A stretch of DNA of 64,000 nucleotides, taken from the human T2T-CHM13v2.0 reference genome, Homo sapiens. The stretch lies in NCBI RefSeq assembly GCF_009914755.1, contig NC_060945.1. One strand, given 5' to 3'. The notes beneath the pieces were generated by a model that searched no databases, had not been told where the DNA came from, and was given only the letters and a program-made list of their open reading frames with translations. The translations under genes were made by a program, and so were the position numbers. Below are positions 1 through 11,984 of the stretch, one piece after another; within the stretch, counting starts at the first letter, position 1; every line of letters starts with the position of its first letter.

Positions 1-299
1 GCCACATCCGTTCCTTGAAGAAGCACTTCCTAATACTCCCATCTTCCAATAGGAAGCTAGTGGCACTGGCCCCACCCCACCCTGGAGGGCAGAGGCCTTG
101 GATTTTCTGGGGTGACAGGAGTGGGCTATTGGGTGACACATTTGCTAAGGCAATTGGCTTCGGGTAGGAGAGGGATGTTGGGGGAAGCAACAGAAAGACT
201 GGCCTAGCGTCATCCACTCTGCACTCCCACCACCGAGCTGAATGACACCAGGACCTCTTAAAGGAGACACAAAAGAATCTTTCAACTAAACACAGAGCT

Positions 300-852
300 G
301 CTATTCAATGCAGCAGTCCCCACTGAGTATCTATCCAAAGGAAATGAAATCATTCTATCAAAAAGATACCTGTACTTGTACATTTATCGCAGCACTATTC
401 ACAATAGCAAAGATATGGAATCAACCTAAGTGTCCATCAACAGGCAAATGGATTTAAAAAGTGGTATGTATACACAATGAAATAATATTCAGCCATAAAA
501 AGAATTAAATCATGTCTTTTGCAGCAACATGGATGGAACTGGAGGTCATTATCTTAAGTGAAATGAACTAGACACAGAAAGTCAAATATCACCTGTTCTC
601 ACTCGTAAGTGGATGCTAAAAATGTGTCCACGTGCACATAGAGAGGAATGGTGGGCAATGGACATGTGGATGGCTGACGGGGGTAGGGGGCAGATGATGA
701 GAAGTTAGTTAATGGGTACAGTGTACGTGATTCAGGTGGTGGACACCCTAAAAGCTCTGACTTGACTACTATGCAAACTACACATGTAACAAAATTGCAC
801 ACGTACCCTGTCAATTGGTACGATAATAATAATAATAATGAATAAATAAGAA
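300..852 (+). mobile_element. LINE-1 3' end (L1MA-type) with (AAT)n tail
   Basis: Typical L1 3' sequence (gcagcactattcacaatagcaaagatatggaatcaacctaagtgtccatca...gcagcaacatggatggaactggagg). Confidence 0.85.
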
Positions 853-1332
853 TATTTCACACAGTGATCTCCGCACGGCTGGCATTGCCTTAATGAAATG
901 CTGTCAACTTCCTCCCTTGAATATCCTCAACTGTTAGCAGATTACCAAAGCTACCCTCAGGCAGAGGCCAGAAAACACAGAAGCAAAGAGTTGGGAGAGA
1001 ATTTTTGGCCTACCTGGTCAAGGCCCCTCCCTGCTTGCCTTAGAAATAGGAGACGACCGGCTGCCGCACAATCGTCTCAAAATCGAGGGGTCTGCGATGC
1101 ATTCGGTCAAAGAGAAAGGATTTTGCAATTGCAATCTGAAGTCACGTATCACTCCAAGAGGTTTTTAGGGCTAGTCATTTGAGTTTTTATAAAAAGGACT
1201 GAGAATGGGAGTTACAAAGTGATTGTGAATTCTGAAATGTTCTTACATGCAATACTTTTTTATTGCTTTTAGAGAAACCTGAATGTATTTGATGAATTTT
1301 TTCTCTTAGAAAAATGGAAGGGACATTAAAAC

Positions 1333-1655
<323 letters not shown>

Positions 1656-1680
1656 TCACACATATGCACATTCGCACATA

Positions 1681-1750
1681 TACACACACCCATACATGGG
1701 TACACACACCCATACATGGGTACACACACCCATACATGTGTACACACGCA
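1681..1750. repeat. 20-bp tandem repeat (tacacacacccatacatggg) x ~3.5 within a CA-rich tract
   Basis: Units at 1681, 1701 and 1721, with a partial unit at 1741. Confidence 0.85.
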
Positions 1751-1811
1751 CACCACCATTACCACCTCTGTGTTAATGAAACCAAAAAGAAATTTAGCAG
1801 ATTTTAAGGGT

Positions 1812-1817
1812 TTTATT
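1812..1817 (-). terminator. TFF2: TFF2 polyadenylation signal AATAAA
   Basis: tttatt on + strand, about 150 nt after the stop codon. Confidence 0.85.
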
Positions 1818-1968
1818 TAAAGAAATTATATGTTAAACCATTGAAAATGAGGAAAAGATGGTTAAGAAAACCCAGGATTTCATGAAATATGAAGCTGATA
1901 AGGCGAAGTTTCTTCTTTGGTTTCGGAACACCCGGTGAGCCAGATGCATCCTCTGGAACCAGCCTCTC

Positions 1969-1982
1969 TTAGTAATGGCAGT
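1969..1982 (-). CDS. TFF2: TFF2 exon 4 coding part (DCHY-stop)
   Basis: ttctag|AC TGC CAT TAC TAA. Confidence 0.95.
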
Positions 1983-4900
1983 CTAGAAGTTTAAATGCAA
2001 GATGGTTGGTAAGGGAACCCCAGAAATGGGAGTGCCTAGGCTGCGAAGCTGGGGTGGGCGTGCATCACTTTGCCCAGGAGCTTCCTACTGAAGAAGGAGC
2101 TCCTTTCCCGGGGAGGGGGTGTAAAGGGACCAAATCTTCCCACCCCAGGCCAGAGTTTCCTCTGTGGGGCGCATTCTCCCCAGACAAGTGAACATTTTCT
2201 AGGTGGACCTTTAGGTCACATAAAAAAAATCACTCGGAAAATCCTGAACATGAAATATTTCGCTCTTTGGAGTGCTTTGATATCCTAACAAAAGGAAAAG
2301 AAAAGGCATCCTTCAAGGGCCAGTAGCTCTTTCCCCATTTTCCTGGATCTGCTTGGTCTTTTTTTACCTCGCCACACTCCGAGTCAGGAACACACTATCA
2401 CTAAGCGGGTGGGAGAAGTGGACCCGTTCACCTCTGCCGGCGGGACCCTCCCGGGACTGCCCGGAGCAGGACGTTGTGGATGAGGTTTGTCATTCGGGGT
2501 CATGTGGGGGAGAACGGGGAAGCCACGGGAGAAGGGGCCAGGTCTGCTTGAGTTGGGCCCTCTCTGGTACCCAGCACAGTGCAAGACACTCAGTAGCCTC
2601 CAAATGCAGATGGGCTTGCAATAAAACAGGCAACGCCTCTGAACGTTGCAACACCTGGGGAGGCAACAGGGATGAGCCGCTGTTTCTAGAACCATCACAG
2701 ATGACGCAGTGGCAATGCTGGAGGCTATAAACTTATTGAATAGACGCTGTCTTTGCCAAGAACATTCTGGAATTGCCTTCAGAATCCCATAGGAGGCAGG
2801 GGCCCTGGCCTCGATGGCACTGAGGCAGCGAGGCAGCTCCCCTCCCTGCACCCCACCTCTACGGACGGAGGAGGAATCATGGTGTCCGGGAACCAGACAG
2901 AGAGTCCCACAGCGACGTTACCTTCCACAGACTTCGGGAAGAAGCACCAGGGCACTTCAAAGATGAAGTTGGAGAAGCAGCACTTCCGAGAGGCGCATTC
3001 CTCGGGGCTGATGCCCGGGTAGCCACAGTTTCTTCGGTCTGAGACCTCCATGACGCACTGATCCGACTCTGCCATGGGACAGGCACAGCACCGAGACCCA
3101 GTCAGGCCTGCTGTGCCCTGGAAAGCTCCACCCCTTCCTCCTCTGAGAGCAGCGCTGATTTGCAGCCTCCGTGGATCATGAGGTGCTGCCTGGGGCAGCA
3201 TCCCCCGGGACGGCCTCCCCCGGGGACTGTGGAAGTGTCGGCCCCTGGGACCGCCTCCCCCGGGGACTGTGGAAGTGTCGGCCCCAGCGACGCTTGGCTG
3301 GCCTGTCCTCCGCGAAGGTGGGGCCCATGTGGGGTGGTCACAGTCAGAAGCTCTGGAGTCCCCCGCCTTGGGGAAATCATTTTGCCTCTCGGGACTCAGT
3401 GTTCTCAGTAAATGGGGTGGTCCCCCGGGCCAAGATGAGAAAAGGTTTGTGGGCACCTTGGTAAGATGGAAAGCGTTTGGACATGGTATTGATTCCCAAA
3501 GACACTGCCATTCAGTGGGCGCTCGTGAACAATCCACCATCTGCCTGGTTTCCCTGCGGGGCCCAGCAAGCCTCCCAGCAACAATCTTGGGGATGAATCC
3601 TCCTTCTCCAGAGGACGTGCCTGGTTCCACGCACACAGGTGCACGACACACACACAACCTTCCTTTGAGCACTCGTCGGCGTTACAACTTGGGTCCTGAT
3701 CCCGTGCACTAACATAAAACTCACTCCCAAAGAACCCTAGAAGGCTTCACTTCCTTCCCTAACATTTGAGGGCTGTCAGCCCTTATGTTACTGCTGTCCT
3801 ATTAAATACCTTCATTTCCCCATGGAAGCTTCTTCAGAAGTCACACTTCAAAAACTAGAGGAGACCTACTATATATATATATATTTTTTTCTCAACTAAA
3901 GTAAAACTGATGGCTCCACACACACATGTCTGTTGAAAGAACTAACAGTGTAGAAACAGGGTAGGTGGGAAATTTTCATCTCACTGTTGGCTGACCTGGG
4001 TTACCTCTAGACTAACAGTCCAGGCTGGCCCCAGGCTAACCAACCTGGGCTACCTCTAGACTAGCAGTCCAGACTAGTCCCAGACTAACCAATCTGGGCT
4101 ACCTCTAGACTAACAGTCCAGGCTAGTCCCAGACTAACCAACCTGGGCTACCTCTAGACTAACAGTCCAGACTAGTCCCAGACTAACCAACCTAACCAAC
4201 CTGGGCTACCTCTAGACTAACAGTCCAGGCTAGTACCAGACTAAACAACCTGGGCTACCTCTAGACTAGCAGTCCAGGCTAGTCTAAGACTAACCAACAT
4301 GGGCTAGCCCCAGACTAACCAACCTGGGCTAGCCCTAGACTACCTCTAGACTAGCAGTCCTCTAGGCTACCTCTAGACTAGCAGTCCAGGCTAGTCCCAG
4401 ACTAACCAACCTGGGCTAGCTCCAGACTAAACAACCTGGGCTAGCTCCAGACTAACAAACCTGGGCTAGCCCCAGACTAACCAACCTGGGCTACTAGCCT
4501 CAGACTAACCAACCTGGGCTAGCTCCAGACTAACCAACCTGGGCTAGCTCCGATTAACCAACCTGGGCTAGCCCTAGACTAACCAGCCTACGCTAGCCCT
4601 AGACTAACCAACCTGGGCTAGCTCCAGACTAACAAACCTAGGCTACTAGCCCCAGACTAACCAGCCTATGCTAGCCCTAGACTAACCAACTTGGGCTAGC
4701 TCCAGACTAACCAACCTAGGCTACTAGCCCCAGACTAATCAACCTGTGCTAGCTCCAAACTAACTAACCTGGGCTAGCCCTAGACTAACTAGCCTACACT
4801 AGCCCTAGACTAACCAACCTGGGCTAGCCCCAGACTAACCAACCTGGGCTACTAGCCCCAGACTAACCAACCTGGGCTAGCTCCAGACTAACCAACCTGG

Positions 4901-6393
4901 GCTAGCCCCAGACTAACCAGCCTACGCTAGCCCTAGACTAACCAACCTGGGCTAGCTCCAGGCTAACCAACCTGGGCTACTAGCCCCAGACTAACCAACC
5001 TGCGCTAGCTCCAAACTAACCAACCTGGGCTAGCCTTAGACTAACTAGCCTACACTAGCCCTAGACTAACCAACCTGGGCTAGCCCCAGACTAACCAACC
5101 TGGGCTAGCCCCAGACTAACCAACCTGGGCTAGCTCTAGACTAACCAACCTGGGCTAGCCCCAGACTAACCAACCGGGGCTAGCTCGAGACTAACCCACC
5201 CAGGCTAACCCTAGACTAGCAACTGGGCCTCCTCCGGCCCCTGCTCTGGGCTCCGCCTGTGAAGCTGGGTCCTGGGTTGCCAGCTGCTGGCCCAGGAAGA
5301 TTCCCTGGAAGATTACCTTGCTTTGGGAGGGGGTGGAAACACCAGGGGACCCCAGTGACACTGGAGTCGAAACAGCATCCATTGTCAAAACACTGGTCAC
5401 TGGTGATTCCAGGGAAGCCGCAGTTCGTCCTGTTATGGGGGCTCAGCCTGGAGCACTGGCAGGGGGCTGTGGAAAGACCCTCAGTCGGCCCCACCCTGGT
5501 ACCCCAGACCACACTGCTCCTTCTCTCAGAGGTTCTAGGGGATGCCTCTACTGTCTTGTTGCCACATAGAGAAACACAAAGTCTTATCTTGCCCATATTT
5601 AAGCAATGCGGTTTCCTCCTGAGAAGCCGATAGGGCTTTGCTGAAATTGTTATATTAGTTTAAAAGGAAAAAAAAAAAAAAGCCAGGCATGGTGGCTCAT
5701 ACCTATAATCCCAGCACTTTAGGAAGCCGAGGCGGGCAGATTGCTTGAGCTCAGGAGTTCAAGACCATCCTGGGCAACATGTCGAAACCCCATCTCTACA
5801 AACAATACAAAAAAAAAAATTGGCCGGGCATGATGGTCCACAACTGTGGTTTCAGCTACTCAGGCGGCTGAGGTGGGAGGATCACTTGAGCCTGGGAGGC
5901 AGAGGTTGCAGTGAGCCAAGATCACACCACTGCACTCCTGCCTGGGCGGCAAAGCCAGATCCTGTCTCGGAAAAAAACAAAAACAAAACCCTCCTAGAGG
6001 AGGGTGAACAGATGGACCCAAGGCCAAGATCCAGGCGAGAGGTGAGTGCTCTGGGACTCCAAGGACCCTTGGTGGGAATGCCCTCCTGGCCCGACACGGG
6101 GCCCGCTGACACCTGCCGTCACTCAGCCTTTCCCTAGGAGGGAGGCCCTTCTTGGAGCCACCCTCCTGAGCAGTGGCAAATCCCATGTGAACAACACACA
6201 TTGCCAGATGCCTTTATAGCCATTCCCCCTCTCAAGTTAATTTATGGTTGTGCTTTTTTTTTTTCTTTAAGAGAAATAAAGAAAGCACATAAAAAGACCC
6301 TCTCCTTCACTTACAGGGTTTCTCACTCCCCGCCAGGGCACATAGCCCCAGGACGAGGAGCGCTGCCAGGAGCTGGGCGTCTCGCCGTCCCAT
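1969..6393 (-). CDS. TFF2: Trefoil factor 2 (spasmolytic polypeptide), complete spliced CDS join(6315..6393,5317..5466,2922..3068,1969..1982), 129 aa
   Basis: 79+150+147+14 = 390 nt and all introns are GT..AG. Translation [129 protein letters not shown]: signal peptide plus two trefoil domains. Confidence 0.98.
2922..3068 (-). CDS. TFF2: TFF2 exon 3 (trefoil domain 2)
   Basis: Acceptor tggcag|, donor G|gtaacg; 147 nt, phase 1-1; encodes [25 protein letters not shown]. Confidence 0.97.
3207..3286. repeat. 40-bp tandem duplication in TFF2 intron 2
   Basis: gggac(g/c)gcctcccccggggactgtggaagtgtcggcccc x2. Confidence 0.9.
3990..5222. repeat. TFF2 intron 2 minisatellite/VNTR, 25-bp unit gactaaccaacctgggctagcccca (with 28-bp and ~49-bp variants)
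   Basis: Directly visible array of about 1.2 kb, roughly 45-50 unit equivalents. Confidence 0.95.
5317..5466 (-). CDS. TFF2: TFF2 exon 2 (trefoil domain 1)
   Basis: Acceptor ccacag|, donor G|gtaatc; 150 nt, phase 1-1; encodes [25 protein letters not shown]. Confidence 0.97.
5681..5988 (+). mobile_element. Alu (AluJ-like) in TFF2 intron 1
   Basis: Alu consensus with J-type diagnostics (gaggatcacttgagcc). Confidence 0.9.
6315..6393 (-). CDS. TFF2: TFF2 exon 1 coding part (signal peptide)
   Basis: ATG at 6393; encodes [26 protein letters not shown]; donor T|gtaagt. Confidence 0.97.
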
Positions 6394-6454
6394 GTCTAGC
6401 TCAGCTGCACCCCAGGGTGGCTTGCAGAATGCATGGTGTCCACTGCCGGGTATG

Positions 6455-6495
6455 TTTTATAATCTCCCCTCTGTTTGTCCAACAAGCAGAGATAA
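6455..6495 (-). promoter_or_regulatory. TFF2: TFF2 core promoter: TATA box, forkhead-like site and GATA site
   Basis: TATAAAA (6461-6455); TGTTTG at 6472-6477 and AGATAA at 6490-6495 on +; E-box CACGTG further upstream at 6680-6685. Confidence 0.8.
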
Positions 6496-7371
6496 CCTTT
6501 CTTCTCTGCCCCGTGGCCCCAGCCCTTCCACCGTGGAGGCGAAGAGGAGGCAAGAGGCAGCTGTGCCCTGTGCAGGCGAGGCTTCCGGGCCAGGGTGACT
6601 CTCTCCCTGCTCGGTGATACTTCTTCCTGCCCTGGACAGAGAGTTGGGTCATGCCAGGCTGCCAGCGTGGAAAACCGGCCACGTGCAGGTCTGGGGCTGG
6701 GCACACACAGGGTCACACCCAGGAAGGGATAAGCTATGCATTTCTATTGATAGAGTGGGCAGGGACCACAGGAATTTAGAAAATATTAGGGCCAAGTTTA
6801 CTGGGGAAAATGTACAGGCCAGCAGATAGCATGGAAAAGTCCCCTCCCTGAGGAAGGGAAGCATCTCAGAGGAGGTAAGAGACTGCTCCCAGGGCTGTGG
6901 TTAGAGCCTCCCCAACCGCAGCACGATGCCCTTTGTCCCATCTTCAGCAGGAGGGGCTGCTCTCCATGGAGATGAGGCTGACAGGGTCAGCGGAGTAGCC
7001 TGTGACAGGCAGGTTTTAATAAGTTCATTTTCAGCCAACCCCTGAAATGGGTTATTTTTGTTCCATGGGAATGCTCTACATCTTCTGAAAGATGGCACCT
7101 GGGACCCAGCCCATGGCCTTCCTGGGGTAGGATGTGCTGGAGAAGGATTCTGTGGACCTGACAGAGAAGACAGAAGCCAGAGAGTAGACACCCGGAAAGA
7201 AAGAGGGAAAAGTGTGGTGGGAAGGACAGAGGGGACCCGAAGTTCCCCACGCCAGGGAAATGACAGGGGGTTGCCAGTCTGTTTCTGATGGTTGAGCAGT
7301 CAGGGGCCCAGAGACGCAGGAAACCCAAAATCCTTGGTCCACCACGGGGCTGTCCTCAGGGTCTGGAGAGC

Positions 7372-7852
7372 AGGCCCCATACTCCAGGCCCCCATCCTCC
7401 AGGCCCTCGTCCCCCAGGCTCCATCCTCCAGGCCCCCATTCTCCAGGGCTCCATCCTCTAGGCCCCTGTCCTCCAGGCCCCCATCCTCTAGGCCCTCATC
7501 CTCCAGGCTCCATCCTCCAGGCTCCATCCTCCAGGTTTCATCCTTCAGGCCATCATCCTCCAGGCCCCCGTCCTCCAGGCCCCCATCCTCCAGGCCCCAT
7601 CCTCCAGGCCCCCATCTTTCAGGCCCCTGTCCTCCAGGCTCTTGTCCTCCAGGCCCTCATCCTCCAGGCCCCTGCTCCTCCAGACCCTCATCCTCCAGAC
7701 CCTCATCCTCCAGGCCCCCATCTTTCAGGCCCCTGTCCTCCAGGCCCTCTTCCTCCAGGCCCTCATCCTCCAGGCCCCTGTTCCTCCAGACCCTCGTCCT
7801 CCAGACCCTCATTCTCCAGGCCCCCGTCCTCCAGGCTCCATCCTCCAGGGCT
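7372..7852. repeat. ~15-bp C-rich minisatellite (cccatcctccaggcc)n about 1 kb upstream of TFF2
   Basis: About 30 degenerate copies of the cctccagg core. Confidence 0.92.
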
Positions 7853-9783
7853 CCTCTGGGTCCGGGTCAAGTACCTCCAGGCTCTCTGCTGACTGTTCAC
7901 CACTGGGCAACCACAGGGACTCGATCCATGAAAACTCTGGCAAGGTCAGTTTCCTTGTTCTACATCCCTGTCACTTTAGTCACCATCATGATATAAGTGA
8001 CTGAGTCATTGTTTTCTCTCATATTCCCACCCACCTCTCCTCTCTGCTTCCTCCCCATCAACTCGACTTCCCACCGCTCACTGCAGCCCCTTCAGGATTC
8101 CTGCTGCGACCACCTGACCCATGCAAAAGAGACCACTTCTCAGCCTCTCTCACTCTCCTGGCCCTGGCGGAAGCCTGTGTTGTCATAGGCATGCTTCCCT
8201 GGAATCCTGCTCAGGCCCCCACGCAGGGACACTGAGTGCCCACAGAGTTGGGAAACCATTACACGAGATGGGATGTCTGCAATAGAGTGGCATCGCTAGT
8301 TGAAAGTGGAGCTGTTCACAACCTCCACAACTGTACTTGGTGGCCACGTCCCCATCACATGGGCTCAGACTGGGGGCTGGACATTGACTTTGAGCCCCAA
8401 GTCTTCACCCTCATGCAAAAACCATCCTCCTTGGAGATGCAGGCTGGGAAGGGCGCCATGTCCGGAGTCCCTGCCCTGCTGTCATCTGCCGACCTTTGTG
8501 CAGCCTGTCCCTTTCGTTAAGAATTTCAGCACTGAGTTCACTGTGTTCCTTGTCATGCTAAGACTTGGCCACATCCCAGGCATCTTCAACATGGCGGTCG
8601 ATGTTTCATCAAAATTCACAGTCGCTCAGATTTTATTTTTCCTCATCTCTAGGAACTTCCATCTCCACTCCACTTCTGCCACTTCTGCCACCCTCCCATG
8701 ACCACACTCAGAACTTGAGCTCCACCTCTGAAAGAGGGTATGCAAATGTCCTTTCTGCCCAGGATGTCCTAAGCTCCTAACATTCTCCCTTTGTCTGAAT
8801 CCTAAAGCCCTCCAATCCCCTATTCCCCTGTGAGCCCCCTCCTGTCTATCCTTCCTTCCTGCTTCTCCAGCCTGATTTCCACAGTGCTCACTTCACCCAC
8901 CGTCTTCCTCACTGCTGTTTCCCACTGTCTCTGTGCCTATGCCATCTGCCTAGCATGGCCGACACCTACCTTGAATTGTTGCCACTCTCAACGCATGATC
9001 TCAGCGCCATCCAGGCACTCAGGGCTGGCGCCCTCCTCTTTCTGTCTATCCTTCTCCACCCCTGCTCACTTCCATTTTGCACACTTTGGGGATGATACTT
9101 TCCATCAGTTCACATAGAAAGTCAACAAATGGGAACCACCTCAGCTATCACCCATGTGGACTTCCGCTTTTGACTATGGAGTCACTGGTACCAGGCTAGC
9201 CTCCCACCATGAGTAACTCTAAAACTACATAAGTAACAGTCTGCAGATGCTGAGCAGCAGGCAGTGCCAGACAGCGATCCCTGAGAGAAGGGAAACAATA
9301 GGGGGAGTCCCATGGCTGCCTTGGTTTCCTGGAGACGCTCTCCAGACTACAGCACAGGGAGGGGAACCCAAATAGCACTGAAGTCCCATCGGGCTGAGGA
9401 GACAGAGGTCAGAATTGGAAGCTTCTGAGGCAGGCGGGTTATCAAGGTAAGAGAAGGAAGCTCCAGAAATATAAAAGTGTGTCCTTTGAGCTTTTCATCA
9501 AATACTATGCTGTTCGTGCCCACAAGGCCAGGCTAAGTAGCCCCTGGGGACAGAACAATCACTGGGGAGGCTAAACTGAACAACTAGTGTAGGGTTCGTG
9601 GGGCTGGAAAGCATTTGAGCTCAGAGCAGCCAGAGGTGTTGACCACTTCAAGCATTCAATAAAGGCCATGCCGTAAAAAGAAGGCTGATCTTTCTAGAGG
9701 AAAGCTACTCAAAATCCATTCGAACAAAACTTTAAAACAAGTCTTGCAGGAATCAAGTTAACCTGCAAGTAAATTAACTGCTT

Positions 9784-10163
9784 GTATTAGTTCACTCAGG
9801 TTGCTGTAACAAAATACTACACATTGTGTAGCTTAACCAACAGAAGTGTACTTTCTCACAATTCTGGTGCCCAGAAGTCCAAGATAGGGTGTCAGCACAT
9901 CTGGTTTCTACTGAGGCCTCTTTCTGCTTGCAGATGGCTTTTTTTCCCCATATCTCACATGGTCTTTCCTCTGTGCACGCACATCTCTGGCGACTCTTTT
10001 CTTATAAGGACACCAGTCAAATTGAACCAGGGCCCACCCTAAGAGCCTCATTTTAACCTGATTACCCCTTTTAAGACACTGTCTCCAAATGTAGTCACAT
10101 TCTTAGGTAATGGAATTTAAGGCTTCATATATGAATTTGGGGGAAATAATTCAACCGATAACA
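9784..10163 (-). mobile_element. MLT1-type MaLR LTR
   Basis: tgtattagtt...gctgtaacaaaatactaca...ctcacaattctgg..agaagtccaagat...aattcaaccgataaca. Confidence 0.8.
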
Positions 10164-10907
10164 CTACCTGAGAGAGCAAAGCATTCAACACTTTACTAAT
10201 GAAGACAGCAAAACCTAAATACACAACATAACATCCCTAACGTCTAACAGAAAATCAGAAGTTACTAGATGTGTGGAGAGAACTAGGAAATATGGCCCAT
10301 AATCATTAGAAAAATCAGTGAACAAAAACAGACTTAGACATGGCATAAAATGTTCAAAGATTGAAAGAAAAACATAATATAATAAAGGAACAAAAAGGAA
10401 TCTCAGTAGATAAATGGAAACTAAAAATTAACCAGGTACAAATTTTAGAAATAAAAAATACAACATCTGAAATGAAAAATACACTGTATGGGTTTTTGAT
10501 TAGATACTATTAGATGCTGCAGAGGAATGGTCAGTTTACTTGAAGTGAAGCCAGTGCAAGATAAACTATGCGAACTAGAGCATAAAGTGAAAAAGGGCTA
10601 AACAAATAAACAAGATTCCAATGACCGGTGAGACAATGTCAAGCAATCTAACATACATGTAATTGATGTACCAGTAGGAGAGGAGAGAAAAAAATCTTTT
10701 AAAGAAATACTTGATCAAGAATGAGTATTGAGTAAATATTCATTAGATTTTTCTGAAGTTGGTGAAAAGTATAAACCTACAAATCTTAGAGGCTCAAAGA
10801 ACTTCAAGGAAGATAAATACCAAAAATATCACATCAAGGCACAGCATGATTCGTCTGTTGAAAATCCGGTGATTTAAAAAACTCTTAAAGCAGCTGGAGG
10901 AAAAGAC

Positions 10908-11327
10908 TTCTATAATTTGAATGTCCCTCCAAACTCATGTCGAAACTTAATCCCCAATGTGGCCGTATTGAGAGGTGGGGCCTTTAACAGGTGATTGGAT
11001 CGTGAGAGCTCCGCTCTCATGAATGAATTAATCCACTCATGAATTAATGGATTCATGGGATGATGGATTCATGGGTTATTGTGGAAGGGGACCTGGTGGC
11101 TTTATACGAAGAGAGACCTGTGCTAGGACATGAACACACTCAGCGCCCTCACCATGGAATACCCTGGGCTGCCTTGGGACACATCTGAGAGTCCCCACCA
11201 GCAAGAAGGCACTCAAGAGATACAACCCCTCAACCTTGGACATCCCAGTCTCCAGAACTGTAAGAGATGAAGTTCATTTCTTATAAATGACCAGTTTCAA
11301 CTTAGCAACAGAAAATAGGCTAAGACA
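10908..11327 (+). mobile_element. MST-type MaLR LTR
   Basis: tttgaatgtccctccaaactcatgtcgaaacttaatccccaatg...ccagtctccagaactgtaaga...ggctaagaca. Confidence 0.8.
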
Positions 11328-11594
11328 AAGACATACAGCATGGAGGAGAACATAATAACAATAATGACTGATAACACAGTATTATTTACTCAACACTCAT
11401 TCTTGATCAAGTATTTCTTTTTATCTGATAATGCAAACCAGAAGACAATGGGATAACATGTGTAAGTGCTAGGGAAAAGTTCTATACTCTGAAAATATGC
11501 TTTCGAAACAATTGCAGAGTTGATTCATTGTGACAAAGACTGTAAGGCCTCCAAAACCTACAATATTTACTATCTAGCCGTTTAAAAAAATCCA

Positions 11595-11805
11595 GGCTGG
11601 GTGCAGTGGCTCACGCCACAATCCCAGCACTTAGGGAGGCCTAGGTGGGCAGATCACCTGAGGTCAGGAACAGCCTGGCCAACATGGTGAAATTCCATCT
11701 CTACTAAAAATACAATAATTAGTCAGGCATGGTAGCTCATGCTTGCAATCCCAGCTACTTAGGAGGCTGAAGCAGAAGAATCGCTTGAACTCAGGAGAGG
11801 TTGCA
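11595..11805 (+). mobile_element. Alu, 3'-truncated
   Basis: Left arm plus part of the right arm. Confidence 0.85.
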
Positions 11806-11984
11806 CATACCCCTATATTGTAGCCTTAAGCTGTCTAAAAATAAAGTTTAAAAATAACAATGGAGGGAAATATTTGTATTCTATTTTTCTTAAGAAAATG
11901 TTACAGAAATGAGCCTTGTGAGCCTTAATCCTTTTTCCTCCCTCTATAATCTTGTCCTGAAATTAAGATATTTAGTATACTGGT

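Larger units (their letters stand above)
9185..11510 (+). mobile_element. Old LINE-1 (L1M/L1ME-type) 5'/ORF1 fragment interrupted by two MaLR LTRs
   Basis: A-rich, degenerate ORF1-like sequence (caacatctgaaatgaaaaatacactg..., aatgcaaaccagaagacaatgg). Boundaries approximate. Confidence 0.6.

Noticed and set aside
2779-3672. 297-aa minus-strand ORF
   Set aside because: TFF2 exon 3 flanked by GC-rich intron that happens to be open. Only 2922-3068 has splice sites and a recognisable domain.
3990-5222. Regularly spaced, partly palindromic repeats that superficially resemble a CRISPR array
   Set aside because: The units are directly tandem with no unique spacers, there are no cas genes, and the context is a human intron. 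It is a minisatellite.
7292-7996. 234-aa Pro/Ser/Arg-rich ORF
   Set aside because: By-product of the 15-bp stop-free minisatellite; non-ATG start and no splice or promoter context.
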